Positions 19,469 through 29,063 of a DNA stretch of 64,000 nucleotides are shown here, piece after piece (position 1 is the stretch's first letter; every line of letters begins with the position of its first letter). The stretch is from NCBI GenBank assembly GCA_938084645.1, contig CALKEP010000052.1, positions 19,340 to 83,339 of the forward strand, written 5' to 3'. Made by a program: the position numbers and the translations under genes. The stretch comes from an uncultured Phycisphaerales bacterium (GTDB taxonomy: Bacteria; Planctomycetota; Phycisphaerae; Phycisphaerales; SM1A02). A model generated the notes under the pieces. It was given only the letters and a program-made list of their open reading frames with translations. It ran no database searches and was not told the origin of the DNA.

Positions 19469-20295
19469 GAGGCGTCCGCGGCTTGTGAGGGTCTTTCCTT
19501 GGGCTCGGCCTTCCGGCCCCGCATGGTGCAGATCGATCGAGTCGACTGCTCGAGGAAGCGAAGGTACTCGTCGGCCATGGGCTGGCCGGCGTGCTCCTTG
19601 AGCTGCTCGGTCGCCGCGGCGATGGTGAGTCCGCTCCGGCAGAAGAGCTTGAACACCATTCGGACGATCCCGATGTCTTCGGCGGTGGCCCCACTGCGAC
19701 GAAGTCCGACCAGATTGATGCTGTTCGCCGTGTTGAGCAGCGTCACCATGAACCAGGGCAGGATGTCGAGGGAGGAACCCGCGTTGCCGCCGATCATGGC
19801 GCCGCGACCGACGCGGACGAACTGATGGATGCCTGCGTTTCCGCCGACGATCACGCGATCTTCGATGATCGCATGTCCACCGAGCATCGAGCCCTTGGCA
19901 AGCACGATGTGGTTCGCCAGCTGGCAGTCGTGGCCGGCGTGGGCGCCGTCCATGAAGAGGTTGTCGTCGCCGATCTTCGTGGGATCGGTCTCGTGGATCG
20001 ATCGATGGACGGACGAGTGTTCGCGGAAGACGTTGCGATCCCCGATCAGGGTCCCGGGCCCTTCGACGTCCGGGTCGAAGTGACTCGTCTGGGGTGCGAC
20101 GCCCAGGGAGCTGAACGGCCAGATATCGTTGTCCTCACCGATGACCATCGGTCCCTGCATGAAGCAATGGGCTCGGAGTCGGGTGCCACGGCCGATCCGG
20201 ATGGCCCCTTCGAGGATGCAGTACGGGCCGATCTCAACGTCGTCAGCGAGTTCGACTCGGGAATCGATGATGGCGGTGGGGTGGATCCGCGACAT
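19465..20295 (-). CDS. lpxA: Acyl-ACP--UDP-N-acetylglucosamine O-acyltransferase
   Basis: IHPTAIID hexapeptide repeats, HAGHDC, IHQFVRVG, NLVGLRRSG. Confidence 0.92.
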   Translation of the reverse strand: MSRIHPTAIIDSRVELADDVEIGPYCILEGAIRIGRGTRLRAHCFMQGPMVIGEDNDIWPFSSLGVAPQTSHFDPDVEGPGTLIGDRNVFREHSSVHRSIHETDPTKIGDDNLFMDGAHAGHDCQLANHIVLAKGSMLGGHAIIEDRVIVGGNAGIHQFVRVGRGAMIGGNAGSSLDILPWFMVTLLNTANSINLVGLRRSGATAEDIGIVRMVFKLFCRSGLTIAAATEQLKEHAGQPMADEYLRFLEQSTRSICTMRGRKAEPKERPSQAADAS

Positions 20296-20357
20296 GACGG
20301 CCTGGCAGTCTCCGGGAATCGCCCTTGCGGGCCTCGAGAAGCGAATACGGTACACGG

Positions 20358-21137
20358 ATGCGAACGCCATTGCACCCATCCGAATTCCATTCCGGAGACT
20401 CGCCTCCGGGGTGGCTTGAGGTCCGAAGACTGGGCCGGATCGGTTATCGGGAAGGCCTTCAACTCCAGCGGGAACTCCACGCCGAGGTGCTGGGAGCGCG
20501 GGACACGGCGACCCCGCGCGGCTTCCTGCTCCTCCTGGAGCACGACCCCCCGGTCGTGACCGTCTCGAGGAGGCCCGGTGCCGCCGAGAACCTGATCGCG
20601 ACCGACGCGGCCTTCGCGGAACGAGGCATCCGGATCGAGGAGACCGACCGGGGCGGGGACGTCACCTATCACGGGCCGGGCCAGTTGGTGGCGTATCCGA
20701 TCATCGATCTGAATCTCGTCCGGGTCCGGATCCACGGTTGGATCCGGTTGCTGGAACAGGTGGTCATCGACGCACTCGCCTCGTTCGAGTGTCCGGCCGA
20801 CCGGGACCCGGGGGCGACCGGGGTCTGGGTGGACCGCACCGTCGACGATGCGGATGGATCGGGCGGTCGGAAGATCGCGGCGATCGGGGTCCGGGTGTCG
20901 CGGTGGATCACCATGCACGGGCTCGCGGTCAACGTCGATCCCGACCTCGGTCACTTCGACACGATCGTGCCCTGTGGCCTGGCGGGACGGCCGGTGACCA
21001 GCATCGCCCGCGAACTCGGGCCCGAGCGGGCGACGATCCCGGACATGGCGCAGGTCACCGCCGCGGTGGAGGCTGGATTCGCCCGGCACCTGTCACACCC
21101 CGAGCCGTTCCGGGACCGGCCGGCGTCGGATGCCTGA
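20358..21137 (+). CDS. lipB: Lipoyl(octanoyl) transferase
   Basis: LLLLEHDPPV, RGGDVTYHGPGQLVAYPI, RKIAAIG, HGLAVN, IVPCGL. Confidence 0.96.
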   Translation: MRTPLHPSEFHSGDSPPGWLEVRRLGRIGYREGLQLQRELHAEVLGARDTATPRGFLLLLEHDPPVVTVSRRPGAAENLIATDAAFAERGIRIEETDRGGDVTYHGPGQLVAYPIIDLNLVRVRIHGWIRLLEQVVIDALASFECPADRDPGATGVWVDRTVDDADGSGGRKIAAIGVRVSRWITMHGLAVNVDPDLGHFDTIVPCGLAGRPVTSIARELGPERATIPDMAQVTAAVEAGFARHLSHPEPFRDRPASDA

Positions 21138-21151
21138 TCGAGTCGCTTCGG

Positions 21152-21868
21152 TCAGAGTCCGAGTTCGTCGGCGACCGCCTCGGTGATGTCGATCGCGTCG
21201 GGATACCGAAGGAGGCCCCGCCGCCGGACCTGCTGGCTGGCGACGTCCATGGTCTCCGCGTCGAAGGGTTCCCCGGTGGGGACGAACTGGGTCACGATGT
21301 CGATGCCCTGCCGTTCGGCGACGATGTCGACCGCTTCGATCAGCTCTCGATAGGCGGACTCGATCTGTTCTGCGCCGAGCTTCTGACGAATCGCCATCGT
21401 TCCCTGCTGCCAGGACTGGTACTCCTGCATCATCTGCTGGAACTGGGCCTGGACCCGCGGGAAGTCGGGGCTTTCCGGGGTGACGTCGGCGTTCTCCTTC
21501 TGGAAGGCCTCGAACCTCGCTTCGTACGCGGCGTTCTGCTCGGCGGCCTCTTCCTGCAGTTCGGTCCGTGCTTCGCCGAATCGATCCGCATCCATCAGCG
21601 TCTTCAGGAGTCTCGACACGTTGACGGACCCGATCGACCAGATTCGTTCGGTCGGCCGCTCGCCGAAGGCGAGTCGTCCCTTGGTGTTCGTGAGCACCAG
21701 TTCGCCGTCGTCTCCACGAAGCAGCACCTCGTCGGCGGGCCCGAGCTTGTCGGCGGGGCGTGGCTCGTCGCCGATCGCGGACCGTCCGGGTCCCTCGAAG
21801 TCGGCGAGGAGGACGACCACGAGGGCCAGCAGGACGACGTGGACGACGATTCTTTCGATGCGATGCAT
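21152..21868 (-). CDS. OmpH/Skp-like periplasmic chaperone
   Basis: N-terminal hydrophobic segment, IGSVNV start, long coiled coil, C-terminal IDITEAV motif. Confidence 0.7.
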   Translation of the reverse strand: MHRIERIVVHVVLLALVVVLLADFEGPGRSAIGDEPRPADKLGPADEVLLRGDDGELVLTNTKGRLAFGERPTERIWSIGSVNVSRLLKTLMDADRFGEARTELQEEAAEQNAAYEARFEAFQKENADVTPESPDFPRVQAQFQQMMQEYQSWQQGTMAIRQKLGAEQIESAYRELIEAVDIVAERQGIDIVTQFVPTGEPFDAETMDVASQQVRRRGLLRYPDAIDITEAVADELGL

Positions 21869-21901
21869 GCTTGCTCCTGGTCGGGTTCCTGAGGTGGCGG
21901 A

Positions 21902-23707
21902 TCACTCTTCCTGTTCGAGCACCGCCATGAAGGCTTCCTGCGGGATGTTGACGCTTCCCACGTTCTTCATCCGCTTCTTGCCTTCCTTCTGCTTCTCGAG
22001 CAGTTTTCGCTTTCGCGTGATGTCGCCGCCGTAGCACTTGGCGGTCACGTTCTTGCGAAGCGCCTTGATCGTCTCGCGGGCGATGATCTTCCCACCGATC
22101 GCGGCCTGCAGCGGAATCTCGAACTGGTGCCGGTCGATCTGCTTTCGAAGCTTCGCGAGGATGGCGCGACTGCGGATCTCCGCGCTCGATCGGTGGCAGA
22201 TGAGACTCAACGCCTCGACCGGGGCGCCGTTGATGAGGATGTCGACCTTCGCGAGGTTCTCCGGGACGTAACCGATGATCTCGTAGTCCATGGTGCCGTA
22301 CCCGCGGGTGATCGACTTCAACTTGTCGTAGAAGTCGTAGATGATCTCCGCGAGTGGAAGCTCGTAGTCGAGGATCTGGCGGGTGTCGCTGATGAACCGC
22401 TGGCCCTTGAAGATGCCGCGTCGTCCCTCGGCGAGCTTCATCAGGTCGCCGATGTTCTCCTCGGGACAGATGATCTCGATCTTCACCATCGGTTCACGGA
22501 TCGCCCGGACCCTCGACATGTCCGGAAGGTCGGCGGGGTTGTGGATCTCGACCGTGGTGTCGTCGTTGAGGTCGATCAGGTAGGAGACGGTGGGTGCGGT
22601 CTGGACGATGTCCACGCCGCCCTCGCGCTCCAGACGCTCCTGGACGATGTCCATGTGGAGCAGGCCGAGGAAGCCGCAGCGGAACCCGAAGCCGAGGGCC
22701 TCGGAGTGCTGCACCTCGAACGTGAAACTCGCGTCGTTGATGTGGAGTTTCTCGACCGCCTCTCGAAGACTCTCGAAGTCGCTTCGCTTGCCGCCTTCGC
22801 TTCCGGTGGCGGGGTAGAAGTCGCAGAAGACCATCTGCTTCGGCTCTTCGTAGCCCGGGAGGGCGATCTCGGCCGGTTCGTACTCCAGGGTGACGGTGTC
22901 GCCCACCCGGACGTCGCCGAGCGACTTGATCGATGCGACGATGTAACCGACCTCGCCCTGTTCGATCTTCTTCAGCTTCTCGGGGAACGGGGTGTAGCGA
23001 CCGAGTTCGGTGACCGAGAAGGTCCGTCCCGTTCCCATCATCCGGATCTTGTCGCCGACGGAGATCGCACCGTCGAACACGCGGACGAACACCACCACGC
23101 CCCGATAGTCGTCGTAGTTGGAGTCGAAGATCAGGGCGCGGAGCCGGTCGGTCGAGGGGGGCGGAGGATCCGGGAGCTTCTCGCAGATCGCGTCGAGCAG
23201 TTCGGGGATTCCCTTGCCGCTCTTCGCGCTGACGTAGATGGAATCCTCGGCAGGGAGACCGAGCACCTGCTCGACCTCCATCGCCACGCCGTCGGGATCC
23301 GCGGCGGGGAGATCGATCTTGTTCACGACCGGAATGAGCTCGAGGTCGTTCTCCACCGCGAGGTACGCGTTGGCCACGGTCTGGGCCTGCACGCCCTGGG
23401 TCGAATCGACCACCAGCACCGCGCCTTCGCAGGCGGTGAGGGCTCGACTCACCTCGTAGGTGAAGTCGACGTGACCCGGCGTGTCGATGAAGTTCAGCTG
23501 GTAGGGCTCGCCCTTGTAGACGTGCTGGACGGTGACCGCGGAACTCTTGATGGTGATCCCGCGCTCTCGCTCGAGATCCATCGAATCCAGCATCTGGTCC
23601 TTGCCCGTCCGGTGATCCACCGCCTTGGTCGCATGCAGCAACCGATCGGCGAGGGTGCTCTTGCCATGGTCGATGTGCGCGATGATGGAGAAGTTGCGGA
23701 CCTTCAC
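21902..23707 (-). CDS. lepA: Elongation factor 4 (LepA)
   Basis: RNFSIIAHIDHGKSTLADR, DTPGHVDF, GFRCGFLGLLH, KCYGGDITRKRKLLEKQKEGKKRMK. Confidence 0.99.
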   Translation of the reverse strand: MKVRNFSIIAHIDHGKSTLADRLLHATKAVDHRTGKDQMLDSMDLERERGITIKSSAVTVQHVYKGEPYQLNFIDTPGHVDFTYEVSRALTACEGAVLVVDSTQGVQAQTVANAYLAVENDLELIPVVNKIDLPAADPDGVAMEVEQVLGLPAEDSIYVSAKSGKGIPELLDAICEKLPDPPPPSTDRLRALIFDSNYDDYRGVVVFVRVFDGAISVGDKIRMMGTGRTFSVTELGRYTPFPEKLKKIEQGEVGYIVASIKSLGDVRVGDTVTLEYEPAEIALPGYEEPKQMVFCDFYPATGSEGGKRSDFESLREAVEKLHINDASFTFEVQHSEALGFGFRCGFLGLLHMDIVQERLEREGGVDIVQTAPTVSYLIDLNDDTTVEIHNPADLPDMSRVRAIREPMVKIEIICPEENIGDLMKLAEGRRGIFKGQRFISDTRQILDYELPLAEIIYDFYDKLKSITRGYGTMDYEIIGYVPENLAKVDILINGAPVEALSLICHRSSAEIRSRAILAKLRKQIDRHQFEIPLQAAIGGKIIARETIKALRKNVTAKCYGGDITRKRKLLEKQKEGKKRMKNVGSVNIPQEAFMAVLEQEE

Positions 23708-23743
23708 GCGGGGTGAATCCTCTTCGATGCGGATCCCCCGAGG

Positions 23744-24226
23744 TCAGACGTCGACGTCAGGGGGGACCGAGCCGTTCATCGTAGCCAAAGACGCGGGGTG
23801 ACCGCACTCCGGGCATCCGGCGTCCGGGGTGTCGGGGGGAAGGAGCTGGGCGCAACGCGGGCAGAGGGGGATGCCTCGGTCGAGGAGTGCCGAGCGGACG
23901 TGGTGGAGGTAGGTCAGGTTGATCGCCAGCATGAAGGCGAAGTGCTGGAGAACGAGGAAGACCAGCAAGGTCACCAGGGCGGTGAACATCAGCGGGGCCA
24001 TGTTCGGGCTGGGATTGGCCTGCGTGATGGAGACCGAGTACAGGCCCGGGAAAATGGTCTGGACGCCGATCAGCAGCAGCAATGGCGCGAACGAGATGAC
24101 GCAGAAGAGCACGACGTCCCGGGGGCGGCGGAGCATGCGGAGGTTGGCTTGCCAGTGGAACGCCAGCCGCTCCGCGAGGGAAGGCTTGTACGAGGGATCG
24201 TGAAAGACGGGCCAGAGGATGTTCAT
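23744..24226 (-). CDS. Two-TM membrane protein with C-terminal zinc ribbon
   Basis: Two hydrophobic helices then CPRC...CPECG; ATGA overlap with the upstream fpg stop. Confidence 0.75.
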   Translation of the reverse strand: MNILWPVFHDPSYKPSLAERLAFHWQANLRMLRRPRDVVLFCVISFAPLLLLIGVQTIFPGLYSVSITQANPSPNMAPLMFTALVTLLVFLVLQHFAFMLAINLTYLHHVRSALLDRGIPLCPRCAQLLPPDTPDAGCPECGHPASLATMNGSVPPDVDV

Positions 24227-25020
24227 CGCTGGGCCGAGGGTACCCACGCCGTGGTCCGTCCGGCCACGGTCGTGATCTCGATCGGCTCGCCCCGTGCCGT
24301 TCGGGCGTCCTCGGGACGACCCCATCGGTGGTGGAAGAGCCAGGTCTTCGGGAATCGGCTGGACACCGAGTTGACGGCCACGGCCTTCTTGATGATCGCG
24401 GCGAGTCGTCGCCGGATCCGCTCGAGTTCCACGTCGTCGAGATCGTCGACCCGACGGTCGGGCGCGACTTCCGCCTGGTAGAGGATCTCGTCCGCGATCC
24501 AGTTTCCCACGCCCGCGGCGAAGGACTGGTCGAGGAGCAGACCCTTGGCGGTGACCTTGCGGCGTCCGACGAGGTTTCGGAACGTCGCGGGGCCGGGCAT
24601 CTCCAGCAGTGGATCGAAACCGAGTTTCGAGACCGGCGGCTGGTTGCGAGGATCCTCGCGGAGTCGAATACGACCGAATCGGCGGGGATCGGGCATCGCG
24701 AGGCGGCGGCCGTCGTCGAATTCCAGTTCGATCTTCCAGAACCGCGGGCGGTCGGCCTCGTCGTCATATCCGTGCAGCGCCCCGGTCATGCCGAAGTGCA
24801 GGAGCAGGGCGGGGCCCGCTTCGAACTCCAGCCAGAGCTGCTTCCCATGGCGCCGTGCGGCGAGCACCCGCTTGCCCCGAAGGCGGCGACTCACGGTGGC
24901 GGGTGACTCGTCGCAGAAGACGATTCGGTCGTTCGCGCACCGCACGTGCTTCGCGATGCGACCGGTCGCCACCGCTTCGGCGACGAGGCGTCCTCGCTCG
25001 ACTTCGGGGAGTTCAGGCAT
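24223..25020 (-). CDS. mutM: Fpg/Nei-family DNA glycosylase, zinc-less finger type
   Basis: MPELPEVE, RHGKQLW, HFGMTG, DPRRFG, LLDQSFAAGVGNWIADEILY; C-terminal GRTTAWVP with no CxxC. Confidence 0.9.
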   Translation of the reverse strand: MPELPEVERGRLVAEAVATGRIAKHVRCANDRIVFCDESPATVSRRLRGKRVLAARRHGKQLWLEFEAGPALLLHFGMTGALHGYDDEADRPRFWKIELEFDDGRRLAMPDPRRFGRIRLREDPRNQPPVSKLGFDPLLEMPGPATFRNLVGRRKVTAKGLLLDQSFAAGVGNWIADEILYQAEVAPDRRVDDLDDVELERIRRRLAAIIKKAVAVNSVSSRFPKTWLFHHRWGRPEDARTARGEPIEITTVAGRTTAWVPSAQR

Positions 25021-25039
25021 GTGGGCGGATCGAGTCGGT

Positions 25040-25828
25040 TCAGGAATCGGTCGGGCGACGATCGCCCGCATCGCCCCCGGATTCGCGGTCGGGCGTCTCG
25101 GGATTCGCCACCGGACGAGGCCTGGGTGGCTGGAGGCGGAGGCCGCCCGAGTCGCTCGCCAGTTCGACGATCCGATTCGACTCGTCGAGAATCGCGACGC
25201 GGATCATCGGACGCTGGTTGACCGCGAAGGGCTCGATCAGAAGCCGTCCGTCGGCAAGCAGTCGCCACCGGCCGCGCTGGCTGGTGATCGCGATCGGGGC
25301 GTCGACGGTTTCGCCCCGAGACCAGGTGTAGGTGAGATCGGGATCGAGCCGGAGCTCGCCCCCCGGGCCGCGCCATCGTCCCACGAGATCGTCCGAGGGG
25401 ACGTGGGGTGGGGTGGCCGAATGGATGAAGGGCTTCTTGAGCCGAGCCACGTCGGCCATCAGCACGTCGTCCCGAAGCCAGAGCGCGACCCGACGGGGCG
25501 GGGGCGCGGGGAGGAGGTAGGAGTTCAGCCAGAAGACGGCGTGATTCTCCCGGTGCCAGCGACCGACGTCGCTGGGCCGATCGAAGCGATCGAGATCGTT
25601 CCAGCGTCGGTATCGCCCATCGCGTGCCACTTCGATCAGGCTGCGGCCATCCGACCACCACCCGACGATCTCGCGCGGCGCTTCCGGGTCCATCGCGAGC
25701 GTGGACACGATCCGAGGGGCCGGCGTCTCCCGTGGGATCGCGTCCTGCGGCGAGGTCGCTCCGAACAGGGGGGCGGCCAGGAGGAACATCAGGGCTGGGA
25801 TTCGCAAGTCATCGCTCCGGAATGGCAC
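25040..25828 (-). CDS. Hypothetical exported protein
   Basis: Signal-like N-terminus, two internally similar beta-rich halves (IVGWWS / LVGRWR; GRWHR / GRWRL). Confidence 0.65.
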   Translation of the reverse strand: MPFRSDDLRIPALMFLLAAPLFGATSPQDAIPRETPAPRIVSTLAMDPEAPREIVGWWSDGRSLIEVARDGRYRRWNDLDRFDRPSDVGRWHRENHAVFWLNSYLLPAPPPRRVALWLRDDVLMADVARLKKPFIHSATPPHVPSDDLVGRWRGPGGELRLDPDLTYTWSRGETVDAPIAITSQRGRWRLLADGRLLIEPFAVNQRPMIRVAILDESNRIVELASDSGGLRLQPPRPRPVANPETPDRESGGDAGDRRPTDS

Positions 25829-25948
25829 GGGGGATTCGAAGTCCGAGTCATCATCGGCACGGGCCGCCGGCGATGTGGGAATCCGGCTTCATGGTTTCGA
25901 CGCCGTCGCGGAGGGTTCGGTTCGATCGATTCGAACCATCGCGAGGAA

Positions 25949-26473
25949 TCAGCCGCTTCCGAATCGAAGCCGCGGGCTGCGTCGACGCTGGGCCTTCATC
26001 TCCTGCACGGCCTCCGCTTCCTCCGCCGGTGGGAAGAACTCGTCGGGGAGCTCGGGCATCACCGAGCCGCACTCGCAGCAGGGTTCGCCGCGTTCGTGGC
26101 CGAGGTTGTAGAAGCCGCAGGTGAGGCAGACCGGATGTCCCAGTTCGGCGGCGGCGGCACGAAGGACGCTGCGTCGTCGACCTCGGAAGATCACGACGAG
26201 GATCATCGCCTCGGCCACGAAGGTCGTCCCGAACGCGAACGCGGCATTCGGACTGCCGGCGAGCAGGAGACCCACGATCGCCAGCACGCAGGCGATCGGC
26301 AGACCGATGGTGACGAAGATCAGGAAGCCGGTTCGACCGAAGGCCGGGAAGCCGCGGGGGTAGCCCGACCAGTCGATGCGGCCGAACATCGAGATGCGAC
26401 GATCCCTGATGCGACGGCGATCTTCGTCGCTGATGGGCCAGAGCGTGATCTCGGGGTCGAGGATGCGTCGCAT
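25949..26473 (-). CDS. Two-TM membrane protein with C-terminal zinc ribbon
   Basis: Two hydrophobic helices then CLTCG...CCECG. Confidence 0.75.
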   Translation of the reverse strand: MRRILDPEITLWPISDEDRRRIRDRRISMFGRIDWSGYPRGFPAFGRTGFLIFVTIGLPIACVLAIVGLLLAGSPNAAFAFGTTFVAEAMILVVIFRGRRRSVLRAAAAELGHPVCLTCGFYNLGHERGEPCCECGSVMPELPDEFFPPAEEAEAVQEMKAQRRRSPRLRFGSG

Positions 26474-26707
26474 GCCACCGACCTTTCCGGTCTCGAACCG
26501 ATTGGTGGACGCCCAAGCCGGTCGACATCGACCGGAGCGAGCACGACGAGAACGCCGAAACTCGGAAGTCCACGTCCCGAAAATACACCCAAAACCCGAA
26601 ATTCGGACGATCAATTCGCCGTATTGCCGCTGGAGCCATCGAAAACGCCGCCCCGCCACGAAAGATCGTGGCCGGGCGGCGTGGGGTTCCGGGGATGGCT
26701 TCGAAGA

Positions 26708-27142
26708 TCAGGCGGCGGAGCGGCCGACTTCGGCGGAGAACGCGGATCGGCGTCCGCGAGGCTTCGTGGTGATCTTCTCGACCTGGGTCACGTGGCTTTC
26801 GGAGAAGCGGTGCAGGTCGATTCCGAACGCCGCGAGCTGGGCGAACCAGAGCACCGCGGTCGTGAAGACCATCGAGACCTGACTCCCACCGAGCTCGATC
26901 CCCAGGAACACGCTTCCAAGGAACTGGCCGGCGAACACCAGGAGGGCGAGCATCAGGCCGAACATCAGGTCGATCGACTTGGGAAGGCCGAGCGCCGCGC
27001 AGAGCCCGAGCAGCCCCACGCCGAAGATCGAGCCGACCACGCCGAATGCGAGTCCGAAGGGCCAGAAGGCGACGATCGCAACGAGTGCGAAGATCGGGGA
27101 CACCTTGAACTTGACGTTGACCTCTGGAATCTCGGCGTGCAC
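26708..27142 (-). CDS. Small integral membrane protein
   Basis: 3-4 hydrophobic segments; GGAG Shine-Dalgarno upstream of GTG. Confidence 0.7.
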   Translation of the reverse strand: MHAEIPEVNVKFKVSPIFALVAIVAFWPFGLAFGVVGSIFGVGLLGLCAALGLPKSIDLMFGLMLALLVFAGQFLGSVFLGIELGGSQVSMVFTTAVLWFAQLAAFGIDLHRFSESHVTQVEKITTKPRGRRSAFSAEVGRSAA

Positions 27143-27461
27143 TTCGAAGCTCCGTTCACGAGCTGGGGGGGAAAGTTCCGGCCGGAGGTCAACGTGACCT
27201 CGGCGGGTTGGATCTCGATCGAAATTGGGGAGGTGCCTCTGGGCGGGGCTCAAGCAAAACGAATGGCGAGGGATTCCCGAATCAGGAGGCTGGCTGATCT
27301 TCGATTGACGCCACGGACTTCGCCGTGGTTCGAGGCCTTCCGGCCGCTGCGTACATCGATAGAAGGAACACGATAGCGGGGCTTTCGGCAGAAACGAAGC
27401 CTTGGGGTCGGAATTTGTGAAAAAAAGAACGAGCCCTGGAGCCACCCGCCCGCCAAGCGGC

Positions 27462-29024
27462 TCAGCCGCCGATCACCGGGAGCGAGGTCTGGCGTGCCAG
27501 TTCTTCGGTGGGGCGGGCGACGAGGTCGTATCCATCGCTCCCCACGATCGTGCACCGGATGAGTTCGCCGGGACTCAATCGGCCGATGCTCGCGACGCAG
27601 GTCTGGGCGTCGACCTGCGGGGCCTGGAAGTAGCACCGTCCGATCGAAAGGTGGACCGGCGTGCCGGTTCGGACTGCGGGATCGTCCTCGGGAAGCGCGA
27701 CCTCCGCGGTCGCCCCGGCCTCGCCGTCGACCAGAACGTCCATCTGGACCCGTTGTTCGGCCAGGTAGGCGGCATTTTCGAAGGCGATCTCCTGCTGTCG
27801 AAGCATCAGTTCGGCTTCGCGTCGGCGCTTGATCTCCTCGGGGACCGCCAGGGCCGGATCCCGTTCCATGGTTCCTGCCGGCGTCCCGGCCTCGGCCGAA
27901 TATCGGAACACGCCCATCGCGTCGAATCCGATCTCGTCGATGAACTCGAGGAGTTGCTCGTGATCGGCTTCCGTCTCGCCGGGGAACCCGGTGATGAAGG
28001 TGGTTCGAATCGCCATTCCCGGGATCCGCTCCCGGAGCTTCAGGGCGAGCGTCCGCTGCTGCTCGGCCGTCACGTTCCGTCGCATGGCGGTGAGCATCGC
28101 GTCGCTCGCGTGCTGAAGGGGCATGTCGATGTAGTCCACGATCCTCGGGAGATCGCGGATGGCGTCGATCATCTCGTCCGTGAAACTCGTCGGGTACGCG
28201 TACATGAGGCGGGCCCGACCGGCGTCGCCACGCGACTCGCACAGATCGTTGATCGCCTTCAGCAGGCCGGCGAGTCCGCGGTCGTCACCGACGTCCCGGC
28301 CCCAGCTGGTCGTGTCCTGGCCGATCAGATTGAGTTCGACGCAGCCGTCGTCGAGCAGCCGCGCCGCTTCGTCCAACAGCACGTCGAGCGGTTTCGATCG
28401 CATCTTGCCGCGAATCGAGGGAATGGTGCAGAACGCGCACTTCTGATTGCACCCCTCGCTCATGCGGAGGTAGGCCCAGTGTCGGGGCGTCAGGCGGAAG
28501 CGATCGGCATCGTCCTCGAAGTAGCCGATTCCCTTGCCGTCGTCGCCAGCGACCGTCAGCCCGACCACGTCGCGGCCACGCTCGGCGGCCGCCTGCAGGG
28601 CGTTGCCCGCGATCCAGTAGCGGGGGCCGTTCTCGTCGAGGCCCTCTCGTTCGGGCGGGCTCGTCGACACCGCGTCGACGATGCGGTCCCGATCGAAGAC
28701 GCCGATCATCGAGTCGATCCCGGGGGCCCACTCGAGGAGTTTGGCGCGGTGTCGCTGGACGAGGCATCCGGCCACGACCACCCGGCCGATCTCGCCGCGT
28801 TCCTTTCGCTCGATCGCGTCACGCAGCACCGAGAGCGATTCCTCCCGGCTCGCTTCCAGGAATCCGCAGGTGTTCACGACGATCGCATCGGCGGGTGCGT
28901 CACTGGGGACGACCTTCACGCCGGCCTCGCGAAGCGAGCCGAGCATGCGTTCGCTGTCCACGAGGTTCTTCGGGCAGCCGAGACTGACGAACGCGACGGA
29001 TGATGGAGTTTGAAGATCGGTCAC
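27462..29024 (-). CDS. rimO: Ribosomal protein S12 methylthiotransferase
   Basis: SLGCPKNLVDSE, NTCGF, EGCNQKCAFCTIP radical-SAM motif, TRAM-like end (APQVD). Confidence 0.96.
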   Translation of the reverse strand: MTDLQTPSSVAFVSLGCPKNLVDSERMLGSLREAGVKVVPSDAPADAIVVNTCGFLEASREESLSVLRDAIERKERGEIGRVVVAGCLVQRHRAKLLEWAPGIDSMIGVFDRDRIVDAVSTSPPEREGLDENGPRYWIAGNALQAAAERGRDVVGLTVAGDDGKGIGYFEDDADRFRLTPRHWAYLRMSEGCNQKCAFCTIPSIRGKMRSKPLDVLLDEAARLLDDGCVELNLIGQDTTSWGRDVGDDRGLAGLLKAINDLCESRGDAGRARLMYAYPTSFTDEMIDAIRDLPRIVDYIDMPLQHASDAMLTAMRRNVTAEQQRTLALKLRERIPGMAIRTTFITGFPGETEADHEQLLEFIDEIGFDAMGVFRYSAEAGTPAGTMERDPALAVPEEIKRRREAELMLRQQEIAFENAAYLAEQRVQMDVLVDGEAGATAEVALPEDDPAVRTGTPVHLSIGRCYFQAPQVDAQTCVASIGRLSPGELIRCTIVGSDGYDLVARPTEELARQTSLPVIGG

Positions 29025-29063
29025 GACGTCATGGTACGACGCCCGGGCGGGTTCGCGGAGGAA

